DNA of 37,388 nucleotides from the NCBI GenBank assembly GCA_965369865.1, contig CBDURU010000023.1:1-37388 (forward strand), in the 5' to 3' direction. Positions within the stretch are counted from its first letter, which is position 1. Every line of letters begins with the position of its first letter. Below the pieces are notes generated by a model. The model was not told the origin of the DNA, ran no database searches, and saw only the letters and a list, made by a program, of their open reading frames with translations. Below are positions 18,409 to 27,872 of this stretch, in pieces. The position numbers were made by a program, and so were the translations under genes. Source of the DNA: an uncultured bacterium. GTDB taxonomy: Bacteria > JAJVIF01 > JAPKYR01.

Positions 18409-19962
18409 ATGTCCGACGAACAAGCAACAACCAAACCGGAAAGGCAGCGGATTCACCCGCTGGAAGTGATCCTGATCATCGTCCTGTTTTTAGCCCTGAT
18501 CCTTTTCATGAGATCGGTATTAACTGTATTTGGGATCGAATACGGTATCGATTTCGGTGAGGGCTACCTTGCCAACATGTCGCTCGAACTGGTGCATGGA
18601 AATAATCCATACCATCCTGTCGAAGACCCGCCATGGATCGTTTCATCGTACCCCCCTCTTTATCCGCTACTGAACGGATTATTGATGGTGGTCGCCGGAC
18701 CCAGCCTGCTTACCGGGCGATTCATCGCAATCGCCGCGTTCATCGGAATCCTGGCGCTTTCGATACTGCTCCTTAGAAAATTGAAAATCGATTTGACTGT
18801 GGCGGTCCTTATTGCCGGGATACTTCTCGTTTTCCCATGGGGTGTGCGATGGGCGCAGGTTGTAAGGGTCGATACTCTTGGCATCCTTCTCTGCCTTGGT
18901 GGAATTTACTTCTGGGTACGATCCGGCAAACAGGTCGATGCAATTATCGCGGCAATCCTTATTTCACTCGCGGTACTTACAAAACATTCCCTGTTATCAG
19001 CACCGCTTGCATGCATTCTCTATGGAATTTTCACCCGGGATCGAAGGCTCGGGACTTTTGCAATACTTCTTATCGTGCTTACGGGCGGCTCCTACGGGCT
19101 TCTGAATTATCTTACGGGGGGTGGATTTTTCAGGCATCTGTTTGATTACACCGCCAACGTTTGGTTCCTCGAGAGATTCACCGCAGGATTTGGGCTTTAT
19201 TTTAAAACAACCTGGCTCCTCCAGATTGTTGCCCTGGCGGCTTTCTCGATTCCCGGTTCGACTCGAGGTGCGCGGCGAATTATCGGCTGGTATTACCTGT
19301 TCTCTACGTGCACCTTGTTGGCGTACGGCTTCGAAGGGTCCGATTCGAATTATTTCATCGAACCATTACTCGCGACATCTCTTCTCGCAGGTTTCACGAT
19401 CGACCACATGGTTCGGACCGATTTATGGCAAAACCCGGCTATCAAGGGTCTCCCATCGCCAAAAACCATCGCGTTTTCATTGCTGTTAGCGATTTTCATC
19501 CTCGGACGGTTTGTGGACACATCCGATTACCGGATTCACCGAATGACACCCGACCGTTATCAGAACGGGCTCGAATTGATCAGGCTGGTTAAAGGGTCGC
19601 CGGGGGAAATATTATCAGAGGACGCAAGCTATCCTTTCATCGCCGGGAAACAGGTTATTTTCCAGCCTTATATCATGAGCCTGCTTGCCCGGACCGGAAA
19701 ATGGGACCAGTCGGAGTTCATTCAGACAATCGATGATAAAAATTACGCGTTGGTTATTCTGCGTGTCGACCTGAACGATCCATACAACACCGAGCGCAGG
19801 GGTTCTCAATGGGAAATGGCCGGATACGACCGCTGGACCGATGAAATGGAATCCGCGATAATGGAAAATTATTATATATATCCCGGTGGAGCGCTCGATG
19901 TCGGGATCGGAAATCTTTGGTATGTCTACCTCCCCAGAACCGAAAACGAGAATTTACGGTAG
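18409..19962 (+). CDS. ArnT/PMT-like (GT-C) membrane glycosyltransferase
   Basis: DFGEG, YPPLYP, RVDTL, AVLTKH; polytopic with a periplasmic C-terminal domain. Confidence 0.75.
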   Translation: MSDEQATTKPERQRIHPLEVILIIVLFLALILFMRSVLTVFGIEYGIDFGEGYLANMSLELVHGNNPYHPVEDPPWIVSSYPPLYPLLNGLLMVVAGPSLLTGRFIAIAAFIGILALSILLLRKLKIDLTVAVLIAGILLVFPWGVRWAQVVRVDTLGILLCLGGIYFWVRSGKQVDAIIAAILISLAVLTKHSLLSAPLACILYGIFTRDRRLGTFAILLIVLTGGSYGLLNYLTGGGFFRHLFDYTANVWFLERFTAGFGLYFKTTWLLQIVALAAFSIPGSTRGARRIIGWYYLFSTCTLLAYGFEGSDSNYFIEPLLATSLLAGFTIDHMVRTDLWQNPAIKGLPSPKTIAFSLLLAIFILGRFVDTSDYRIHRMTPDRYQNGLELIRLVKGSPGEILSEDASYPFIAGKQVIFQPYIMSLLARTGKWDQSEFIQTIDDKNYALVILRVDLNDPYNTERRGSQWEMAGYDRWTDEMESAIMENYYIYPGGALDVGIGNLWYVYLPRTENENLR

Positions 19963-20026
19963 CCCCCGATTGTTTGCCGTGCCCTTTAGGGTTCGGATAT
20001 GATGGTATAATTCCGAAGCTGAATTC

Positions 20027-20833
20027 ATGGATTCACAAGCAGGTAAAAATCAGGACCAGGCTCAAAGACAACTTGAAATCTCGGGGCTTGGGAAAATTTA
20101 TCCCGATGGAACCGAGGCCCTGACAGGCGTCGATCTCAATGTCGATCACGGTGAGATCGTTGCGGTTGTCGGGCTGTCCGGCGCGGGGAAATCCACTCTC
20201 CTTAGATGCATTAACAGGTTGATCGATCCGACATCCGGGAAAATTAAGTATTACCCATCCAACGGAAAACCATCATTTGAGGTTACTGAATTAAATGGCA
20301 GTGCGCTACAGCAGTATCGATCGGGTGTAGGGATGATCTTCCAGCATTTCAATCTTGTGCCAAGGTTATCAGTCCTCTTGAATGTCCTTGCGGGGAGATT
20401 AAGCCAGGTAGGGACACTCAGCTCACTTTTCCATAAATTCCCCGATTCTGATATCGATCGCGCGCTGGCTGCGTTAAAGAGGGTCGGGATTGTGGATAAG
20501 GCTTACAATCGCGCGGGAGAATTATCGGGAGGTCAGATGCAGAGGGTCGGGATCGCACGAGCACTAGTGCAGAAGCCGGAAATTCTACTCGCCGATGAGC
20601 CTGTGGCGAGCCTTGACCCTGCAACATCGGCGGATATCCTGAAACACCTCCGCACGATCTGTACCGAGGACGGCCTGACACTCGTGATCAATCTGCACTC
20701 TGTCGACCTCGTCAGGAAATTCACCAGGAGGGCTGTGGGATTCCGGGACGGGGAAAAAGTATACGATGGCCTTGCAGAAGATCTTGGAAAGAACGAATTC
20801 CTCGAGATTTACGGTGTTGAGGAAGGCGAATAA
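20027..20833 (+). CDS. phnC: phosphonate/phosphite ABC transporter ATP-binding protein
   Basis: GLSGAGKSTLLRCINRL, FQHFNLVPRLSVLLNVLAGRL, LSGGQMQRVGIARAL, ADEPVASLDP, NLH. Confidence 0.88.
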   Translation: MDSQAGKNQDQAQRQLEISGLGKIYPDGTEALTGVDLNVDHGEIVAVVGLSGAGKSTLLRCINRLIDPTSGKIKYYPSNGKPSFEVTELNGSALQQYRSGVGMIFQHFNLVPRLSVLLNVLAGRLSQVGTLSSLFHKFPDSDIDRALAALKRVGIVDKAYNRAGELSGGQMQRVGIARALVQKPEILLADEPVASLDPATSADILKHLRTICTEDGLTLVINLHSVDLVRKFTRRAVGFRDGEKVYDGLAEDLGKNEFLEIYGVEEGE

Positions 20834-21492
20834 ATATATCCTATGAACATCAAATTTATATTTACCACAAGGTGCATGATAATCGGATACCACAGCGATC
20901 TCGTTCTCATGTAAAGGTAACCGAAAAACACTCCCCCTACGAATGTTACTACAAAAACCAGGATCAGCCATGCGGGCGGGAAAATCATGCTGAGTACGAG
21001 CGGATGATATCCCCCAAATATTAGGCTCATAAATAATACAGCCGGGATGCGGTTGGTTTTTGCCAGGAAGAAGGGAAGAACCGCCGATCTCCATAAAAAT
21101 TCCTCCGCGAACGGGTTAACAATCGCAAGGTATCCGGCGGTCAACCAGTATTTATCCTTCGCCATCCCGATCGAACCAAAGCCGTCGCTGAGAAGGCCGG
21201 GGTCGATCAAACCCGGTCTGATCAATAAATTACATGCCCATAGGATCAGGGATGCGAGAAGGGCAAACACAAACGTTAAAAGTACCGGTCGGTTGATCTT
21301 TTTTATTTTTAAAAATTGTGTCCTTATGCCGGGGATGGACTTTCTTAAGAGAAGCCCGCCGCCAAGGCACAGGATCGGATGATAGACAAGCATCGTGATC
21401 ATTGGCTCTCTTAGGATAATCATCGAATAAGCGAGCCAGGCATAGATGATAACAACGAGGAGAATCGCGATTCCTGTCGAGTTAAGTTTCAT
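20809..21492 (-). CDS. CPBP (CAAX protease/Abi) family intramembrane metalloprotease
   Basis: AEEFLWR, FGGYH and MHLVVN motifs; multiple TM helices; 3' end overlaps phnC. Confidence 0.85.
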   Translation of the reverse strand: MKLNSTGIAILLVVIIYAWLAYSMIILREPMITMLVYHPILCLGGGLLLRKSIPGIRTQFLKIKKINRPVLLTFVFALLASLILWACNLLIRPGLIDPGLLSDGFGSIGMAKDKYWLTAGYLAIVNPFAEEFLWRSAVLPFFLAKTNRIPAVLFMSLIFGGYHPLVLSMIFPPAWLILVFVVTFVGGVFFGYLYMRTRSLWYPIIMHLVVNINLMFIGYIYSPSSTP

Positions 21493-21595
21493 CAGCCGGT
21501 ATCATAGCATTACACGATTTTCGATGTATCATTGCCTCGATGGAATAATTCATATAGACTTGCCCTGTGGCGGGGTGGCGGGGTACGGAGACACA

Positions 21596-22516
21596 ATGCG
21601 AATATTAATCACAGGCGGAGCCGGGTTTATCGGTTCCCATATCCAGGATAAATACATAGATCTTGGACACGATATAACGGTGCTCGATGATTTCTCAACT
21701 GGAAAACGGGAGTATGTCAACCCGAAAGGAAACCTTATTGAAGGCGACATTACTACTGAATCCAAAGTGCGTGAGATTTTCGAAAATGGCAAATTCAACC
21801 TTGTCAATCATCACGCGGCACAGATAAACGTCCGGTCCAGCTTCGATGACCCGATCAACGACTGCAGAGTTAACGTTATCGGTACATTGAATATTTTAAA
21901 AGCGATGATCGATTTCCATGTGCCGAAAATTATTTTCGCGTCAACCGGTGGAGCGATCTACGGCGATCCGGAGATAATTCCAGCGGATGAAAATACACCG
22001 CCTGTTCCCGGCAGCCCGTACGCGATCGGCAAACTCACGTGTGAAAACTACATCCGTAATTTAAGTGAACTGTATGGCCTTCGATTTACGATACTTCGAT
22101 ATGCCAACGTCTATGGGCCAAGGCAGATCGCCAGGGGTGAGGCTGGAGTTGTGGCGATTTACACGGAACGTCTCCTCAACGGCAAAGCGCCTGTGATTTT
22201 CGGCACTGGAAACAATACCCGCGATTATGTCTACGTAGACGATGTAGTAAAAGCTAATGTAAACGCAATCGGGATGGGTGAGAACCTGATTTTCAATATC
22301 GGCCGCGGTATCGAGACAAATGTCCACGAGGTCTATGCTGCTGTATCGAGAGCTTTTGGCGATAAAGCGATGGAAGCGGAATTCGGGGACGCTGTCCCTG
22401 AGGTTGCAAGGATCGCACTCGACGCTACACGGGCAAAAGACGGGCTGGACTGGGCGCCTGCAATCGATTTTGAAACAGGGGTTAATATTACGGTCAAAAG
22501 TTTTATGCCAGGATGA
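21596..22516 (+). CDS. NAD-dependent epimerase/dehydratase (UDP-glucose 4-epimerase-like)
   Basis: TGGAGFIG, HHAAQ, STGGAIYG, YAIGK (YxxxK), RYANVYGPRQ; GGAG RBS before ATG 21596. Confidence 0.92.
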   Translation: MRILITGGAGFIGSHIQDKYIDLGHDITVLDDFSTGKREYVNPKGNLIEGDITTESKVREIFENGKFNLVNHHAAQINVRSSFDDPINDCRVNVIGTLNILKAMIDFHVPKIIFASTGGAIYGDPEIIPADENTPPVPGSPYAIGKLTCENYIRNLSELYGLRFTILRYANVYGPRQIARGEAGVVAIYTERLLNGKAPVIFGTGNNTRDYVYVDDVVKANVNAIGMGENLIFNIGRGIETNVHEVYAAVSRAFGDKAMEAEFGDAVPEVARIALDATRAKDGLDWAPAIDFETGVNITVKSFMPG

Positions 22517-24351
22517 ATCAAAAAAATAAGCCCATATCCCTGATCATCGACATCGGGCTGGTTGTCCTGGTTGTTTTGACACGAATACTGTCCGCCAGCA
22601 AGTATCTCCATAAATGGGATTCCGTCCAGTTCGCGCTTGCGCTCCATGATTACGATATAACACGTCACCAGCCGCATCCCACGGGATATCCGGGGTATAT
22701 CGGACTTGGATGGATCGCGCGGTTATTTACGTCTGATGATAATTCAGCATTAATTGCGGTGGGAATTATTTCCGGAGTGGTAATCGCTGTCGGAGTTCAC
22801 CATCTGGGTCGATTCTTCCTTGGAAACCGCGGGGGATTTATCGCGGGACTTCTCGCAACACTGAATCCTCTGCTTTGGTACTTCTCAAGCATTGCTCTTT
22901 CATACATTGCCGGACTTGCGTTTGCCGTGCTTGCGGTATGGGCGGCGGTTATGGCAAAAGGCCGGATGAGATTGCTTGGGCCATTCCTTGCCGGGGTAGC
23001 AGCGACAATCTGGCTTCCCGGTGGAATTTTAATTTTCCCCGTGATTGTCTGGAGTTTCCTCAGGGATTTTCATAACAATGAAAACCATGAGGGCGAGTCC
23101 GGGAAGGTTTTCGGATTGAGCATTATCACCGGAGCTGTATTATTTTTGATCCCCGTGTTAATTGCTTACCTGCCCGTGATTACCGATACCGGCGGGTTCG
23201 GAGAGTACCTGGCACAAGTCCAGAGCGAATCCGGGAAGCATGTGCTCCGATTCAATAACTGGATGACGCGTCCGTTTGATGAATTCATCGAAAATACCGA
23301 AGCCATCGCGAATTTGCTTATTCTCGGACTCGGTATGGGCAGATGGTTATTAATGATCCTCTTAATTCCGGTGCCCGGTGAAATCGGCTGCAGTCCAAAA
23401 AAAGTTACAGGATTCCTTCCGCTCGCCCTGATCGCGTTTGTCGCGCTTTACTGGGGAAGTCACCTGGCTGTACGCACGATGGGGATAATTTTATTCCTCT
23501 ATTCAGCATGGAATTTATTGCCCGCTCCAACAGAAATTCATGACCTTAACCGGAAATGGCTACTGTTCTGGTGGATTGTCCCCGGATTTATATTTTTCAC
23601 GCTGGTCCATGTTAATTATGTCGGGATCCTGGTTATATTCCTTCCTCCTATGATATTGATGGTCGCTTGGTCTATCGAACGAGCTGCATCTTTTATGGCC
23701 CAGCAGACCGTAAGGGAAGAGACATCGGATGAGAAAGAAAATGATGAAAATGAAGAATCAGTTACAATACCCGGGACCCAACCGGATATCAGGGTCGGAA
23801 AATTTGTGGCATGGGTATTGATTATCCTGGTAGCGATGAACGATATCGGGGGATTTATCGATTCGGATGGCCAGGAAAGCTGGCAGGGAATTGTCTCCAA
23901 CGACCTGAAAATCGAGAGCGTTATTAATGCGGTGCATGAAGCACCCGTTCCACTTGAGGAGGTCCTGTTGTTAGGGGATTCGAAAGGTTATCGTCACTGG
24001 GCTTATTATATTCCGGAAGTGAACACTCTCTGGATAAAATACCTTCTGTATTTTCCCGTTCGGGAAGGGCTGGGAATCTGGAAATCGCAAGAAAGGGATC
24101 AATACAGGATATTCCCTGAGATAACGATGAACGAATCGGCCGAGGATGGAGGAGTCGCGATAATTTCACTTGATGGCTTAACGGGAATAGTTGTATTTCC
24201 AGATGAGATGTTGATGTACCAGGGAGTGGGAATTTTATATCCGATTGGTATTGATGAAGACGTTGAGGATTCGGAGCCGATTGCATATTTTCTTGAAACC
24301 GGTGATGCTGGAAAGATTCTTTTTGGGGGAGGAAAATGGTGGATTGAGTAG
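22513..24351 (+). CDS. GT-C-like (PMT-related) membrane protein
   Basis: WDSVQFALAL..YD...HQPHPTGYPGY loop after TM1; polytopic; ATGA overlap with the epimerase. Confidence 0.7.
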   Translation: MNQKNKPISLIIDIGLVVLVVLTRILSASKYLHKWDSVQFALALHDYDITRHQPHPTGYPGYIGLGWIARLFTSDDNSALIAVGIISGVVIAVGVHHLGRFFLGNRGGFIAGLLATLNPLLWYFSSIALSYIAGLAFAVLAVWAAVMAKGRMRLLGPFLAGVAATIWLPGGILIFPVIVWSFLRDFHNNENHEGESGKVFGLSIITGAVLFLIPVLIAYLPVITDTGGFGEYLAQVQSESGKHVLRFNNWMTRPFDEFIENTEAIANLLILGLGMGRWLLMILLIPVPGEIGCSPKKVTGFLPLALIAFVALYWGSHLAVRTMGIILFLYSAWNLLPAPTEIHDLNRKWLLFWWIVPGFIFFTLVHVNYVGILVIFLPPMILMVAWSIERAASFMAQQTVREETSDEKENDENEESVTIPGTQPDIRVGKFVAWVLIILVAMNDIGGFIDSDGQESWQGIVSNDLKIESVINAVHEAPVPLEEVLLLGDSKGYRHWAYYIPEVNTLWIKYLLYFPVREGLGIWKSQERDQYRIFPEITMNESAEDGGVAIISLDGLTGIVVFPDEMLMYQGVGILYPIGIDEDVEDSEPIAYFLETGDAGKILFGGGKWWIE

Positions 24352-24455
24352 TATTCATGCTGGATTGTATAAGATAAAGATTTGTCGATTTATAAATGGA
24401 TAATAAACAATTCTTCTTTACATATGCCATTGAGGTTGGTATAATTTATTGTGCT

Positions 24456-24776
24456 ATGTTAAGCGGAACGGAGATACCCCCGATCAGGGTGGCTGAAGTG
24501 TTTGTTGATGGCCGATGTGTCGGATTTCTATCCGATGTCATATTGAGTCGGGAAGAAAATGGTGGGTTCATGCTCGAGGGTGACTGGTCGGGCTATTCAA
24601 ATGTTCTTGGAAATAGCTCTCAGTACACGATCAGCATTCCCCGTTATGAGTGCAAGTTCCTGGCAGTGAAGGTGGAAGCGGATCCGAATTTGAGTACCGG
24701 TCGGGTCCTGTTCAAAAACGCCAGCTTTCTGCCTGATGGTCCAGGGACATGGATTGACAAGCCAGGGGAAGCATGA
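24456..24776 (+). CDS. small hypothetical protein, probably beta-rich
   Basis: ORF bounded by TGgTATAAT (-10 at 24440-24445) and a terminator; start could also be 24396. Confidence 0.55.
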   Translation: MLSGTEIPPIRVAEVFVDGRCVGFLSDVILSREENGGFMLEGDWSGYSNVLGNSSQYTISIPRYECKFLAVKVEADPNLSTGRVLFKNASFLPDGPGTWIDKPGEA

Positions 24777-24808
24777 ACGCGCATATTGAGTCCGTGCAAT
24801 GAGAGGAT

Positions 24809-24830
24809 GCCACCAATTCTGGTGGCTTTT
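24809..24830 (+). terminator. intrinsic terminator
   Basis: GCCACCA-ATTC-TGGTGGC-TTTT between convergent genes. Confidence 0.65.
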
Positions 24831-24839
24831 CCAGTTATT

Positions 24840-25259
24840 TTACAATCCTGTAACTACCCAGCCTGCTTCAATCAGGACCTCCCTGTGATCGAATGCCAGA
24901 TTGAGATCCTTTAACTCTTCTCTTGAAAATAACTTCGCTTCCGATGCGTCGTCCGCCCCAATTAATTCACCGCTTTTATAATCGGCTCTGAAAACTATAC
25001 TGACTGTATGACCCCTGGGGTCGCGTGACGGGTCGGAATAAACCCCGAGGATGCCTTTCAGTTCAATTTCTATACTGCATTCCTCCCTGGCTTCCCTTAC
25101 GCAGGCGTTATCGACAGTTTCACCGATATCGACAAACCCTCCGGGCAGCGCCCATGACCCTTTATATGGGGGATTCCCGCGTTTTATCAACACGACACGC
25201 CCATCCGGGTATTCGATTACCGCATCTACAGTAAGTGCCGGGCCTTTTATTTCCGACAT
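24840..25259 (-). CDS. Nudix hydrolase (ADP-ribose pyrophosphatase/MutT-like)
   Basis: Nudix box GGFVDIGETVDNACVREAREE; SDPSRDPRGH; LAFDH; start at MSEIKGP. Confidence 0.92.
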   Translation of the reverse strand: MSEIKGPALTVDAVIEYPDGRVVLIKRGNPPYKGSWALPGGFVDIGETVDNACVREAREECSIEIELKGILGVYSDPSRDPRGHTVSIVFRADYKSGELIGADDASEAKLFSREELKDLNLAFDHREVLIEAGWVVTGL

Positions 25260-25415
25260 ATCAGATCCTCGACATTTGAAAGATTCGCCGCCAAGTGTAA
25301 CACTTATCACTCTTAGTAAGAAATCAAGCCTGATTCTGGCGATCAGAATCACAAATACTGAACGATGCCTGATTTTCCTCAACCGATAGAATATGACGTG
25401 CTGCCAAAAGCGATA

Positions 25416-27170
25416 ATGGATTACAGCACGCTTACCGTGATCGGAAATGTCGCGGGAGAGGTCCTTAGCGGTGCGCGCCTCAGGCGGACCGTCGGTTTGG
25501 AATCGGGGGATATAATACTCGTCTTCGATCTCCATGAAACAAAAAGCGATCGCGGTGAATTTTCATCCTGGCTGATTTCCGCCGACCCGAAACTTTTCAG
25601 GATTCAAGGATGGCCCGATGAGGTCCCGCAGAAGAATGTCCCTACCCACCTTGTCGAGGTTATGTCGCACCATCTCGATGGTGCAAGGGTTGATTCTGTA
25701 AAGGTTACGCCGTTTGAACGGATCATCACGATAAATTTCATCCATCGGGACTATACAGGTGAGGAAAATGAATTTCGTTTAATTGTCGAATTGATGGGAA
25801 AACATTCAAATATAATTCTCCTCGATGGAAATGACATGATACTGGCGTCGCGCAAAGCTGTACATTCGTTTCAGAGCAGGATACGGGAGGTCCGGGCAGG
25901 GAAAGTTTACAGGTCTCCACCAAAACAGGACCGTATCGAGCCAACTGAATTCGATAAAGCCGACTGGCGGAACTTCCTCGGATCGGCTTGTATTGATGTA
26001 GAGCTTGATAATCATTTTGTGAGTACGTTCCATGGTATGAGCCTGAACTGGGCGCATGGAATCAGCTTTCGCGCGGGAGTTGCCGATGAAGTAAAAGTTA
26101 CTGAAATGTCTCCGGAAGATGCTGAGAAACTTCGGCTGGCATTCATAGAAAGCCTGAAGCTAATGCGTGATGGGCTTCCCCTGACCGGAGAGACACCGGA
26201 GAATTTTGTCCGGCGTGTCTCCCTGGACTTCTATGAGCGGGCGGAGGATTTCGCGCTCGACAGAGCAAGATTGAAAATAATGAAAATTATCAATCGAAGA
26301 CGGAAGAAACTTCAGGCACTGGGAAAAGGGTTAATAAAGGATATCGACCAGTCCGGGAAAGCGGATGTATTCAAGAAAAAAGCCGACCTGTTGCTTGCGA
26401 ATATGCACAGAGTTATTCCGGGGATCGACAGGATTGAAGTGACGGACTGGGAGTCCGGTGAAAATGTTGTGCTTAATCTCGATACGATTCTCTCCCCTCA
26501 ATTACAGGTGGAAAGATGGTTCAAGCGCTACAGGAAACTTCAGCGTACCCATAAGGTCGCTATGGACCGGAGAACCGCTGTGGTCGCAGAGGAAGAGGAA
26601 CTGACAAAACTTGAGGTGGAACTCGCATCGGCTTCATCGATCGATGAAATCAATTACATCCGCGAGCAATGTGTCCTTCGAGGCCTGATTGCTCCCCATG
26701 AATTTAAAGCGAAGGGTCAGGACAAAAGGCGTGTCGACAGAAAAGGCCATCGCCCAGGTGATCGCTTCAGGATTTCAACAAACAGGTATCGTTCAAACGA
26801 TGGATTTCTGATTATTGCCGGGACAAATAATTTATCGAATGATGCGTTGAAACGGTCGAGTAGCCCCGAGGATATCTGGCTTCACACAAGGGATATTCCC
26901 GGATCGCATGTTTATATAATCACCAGGGGCAAAAAAGTTCCGGATACGACCCTTAAAGAAGCGGCAATGGTCGCGGCATGGCATTCGAAAGCCCGGGAAG
27001 GCTCTAATGTCCCGGTGGATTACACGAAATCCAGGTATGTCACCCCGATTCCCGGAGCTCCTCCTGGGAAAGTAAGGTTTAAAAGGGAAAGAACAATCAG
27101 GGTCACACCCGAGGAGAAGCGCGTGGAAATGATGAAAATGATGGCTGGCGGGGATAGTAAAGAATTGTGA
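25416..27170 (+). CDS. rqcH: ribosome quality control protein RqcH (FbpA/NFACT family)
   Basis: ERII, LIVELMGKHSNIIL, coiled coil, NFACT-R motifs IWLHTRDIPGSHV, AAWHSKA and VPVDYT; start 25365 or 25416. Confidence 0.9.
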   Translation: MDYSTLTVIGNVAGEVLSGARLRRTVGLESGDIILVFDLHETKSDRGEFSSWLISADPKLFRIQGWPDEVPQKNVPTHLVEVMSHHLDGARVDSVKVTPFERIITINFIHRDYTGEENEFRLIVELMGKHSNIILLDGNDMILASRKAVHSFQSRIREVRAGKVYRSPPKQDRIEPTEFDKADWRNFLGSACIDVELDNHFVSTFHGMSLNWAHGISFRAGVADEVKVTEMSPEDAEKLRLAFIESLKLMRDGLPLTGETPENFVRRVSLDFYERAEDFALDRARLKIMKIINRRRKKLQALGKGLIKDIDQSGKADVFKKKADLLLANMHRVIPGIDRIEVTDWESGENVVLNLDTILSPQLQVERWFKRYRKLQRTHKVAMDRRTAVVAEEEELTKLEVELASASSIDEINYIREQCVLRGLIAPHEFKAKGQDKRRVDRKGHRPGDRFRISTNRYRSNDGFLIIAGTNNLSNDALKRSSSPEDIWLHTRDIPGSHVYIITRGKKVPDTTLKEAAMVAAWHSKAREGSNVPVDYTKSRYVTPIPGAPPGKVRFKRERTIRVTPEEKRVEMMKMMAGGDSKEL

Positions 27171-27197
27171 AGAATTTTCCATTTATCCGTAAAATTG

Positions 27198-27226
27198 TTG
27201 ACTAAACCTCTGCATGGTGTTAGTGT
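27198..27226 (+). promoter_or_regulatory. sigma70 promoter of the cold-shock gene
   Basis: TTGACT, 17 nt, TAGTGT with TG extension; gives a 5' UTR of about 155 nt. Confidence 0.55.
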
Positions 27227-27387
27227 ACCCAATTGTTAGAGGCGCCGCGGGAGCTGGCGGTAAATTTGTAACCCCCGGCACTAACAATAAGTACAATTTT
27301 TCTGTAATGAACCATCTTGCTTGGTGGGCGTTATAGTTTTTTGTATTGCGGGAGCCTCAATTTTTCAAATCTTTAAGGAGGCCTTCA

Positions 27388-27606
27388 ATGGCACTTGGCA
27401 AGGTTAAATGGTTCAACAAGGACAAGGGCTACGGGTTCATCGAGCGCGAGGGCGAGAGCGATGTTTTTGTACATTACTCCGCAATTGACGGTGATGGATT
27501 CAAAACCCTTGAGGAGAACGAGCGTGTCGAGTTCGACATGATCGAAACAGCGAAAGGTATGCAAGCCACGCGAGTTAAGAGACTCGCCCCCCCAACGTCA
27601 TACTAA
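27388..27606 (+). CDS. csp: cold-shock protein (CspA family)
   Basis: [13 protein letters not shown] (RNP1), DVFVHYS (RNP2); RBS AAGGAGG. Confidence 0.95.
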   Translation: MALGKVKWFNKDKGYGFIEREGESDVFVHYSAIDGDGFKTLEENERVEFDMIETAKGMQATRVKRLAPPTSY

Positions 27607-27634
27607 CTGTTAAACTCCATTTGAACAGGCAAAA

Positions 27635-27662
27635 GGGATCTTTTTAAGGTCCCACTTTTTTT
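27635..27662 (+). terminator. intrinsic terminator
   Basis: GGGATCTT-TTT-AAGGTCCC then ACTTTTTTT. Confidence 0.7.
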
Positions 27663-27872
27663 AGAGTAAATCGGTTATTGTTCCACAACCACTCCCGAGA
27701 CATCCTTCGTTATCGTCCTCCAAAAAAAAGTGTTCCCCAACTTTAAACCTATTCCTTAATTTCGTTTATTAGATTATAATTAAGATTATTAATCCATTCA
27801 TTTCAGCCCGTCCTTAAACTCGACTCGAATTAATTCATTATTATCGAAACACTTTGACAGAGAGCTGAAAAA

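Noticed and set aside
783..25535. N-terminal extensions in the ORF track (starts 783, 7945, 10500, 15625, 21446, 25535; likewise 32252)
   Set aside because: They overlap neighbouring genes or promoters. Downstream ATGs match family N-termini, RBS sites or ATGA coupling.
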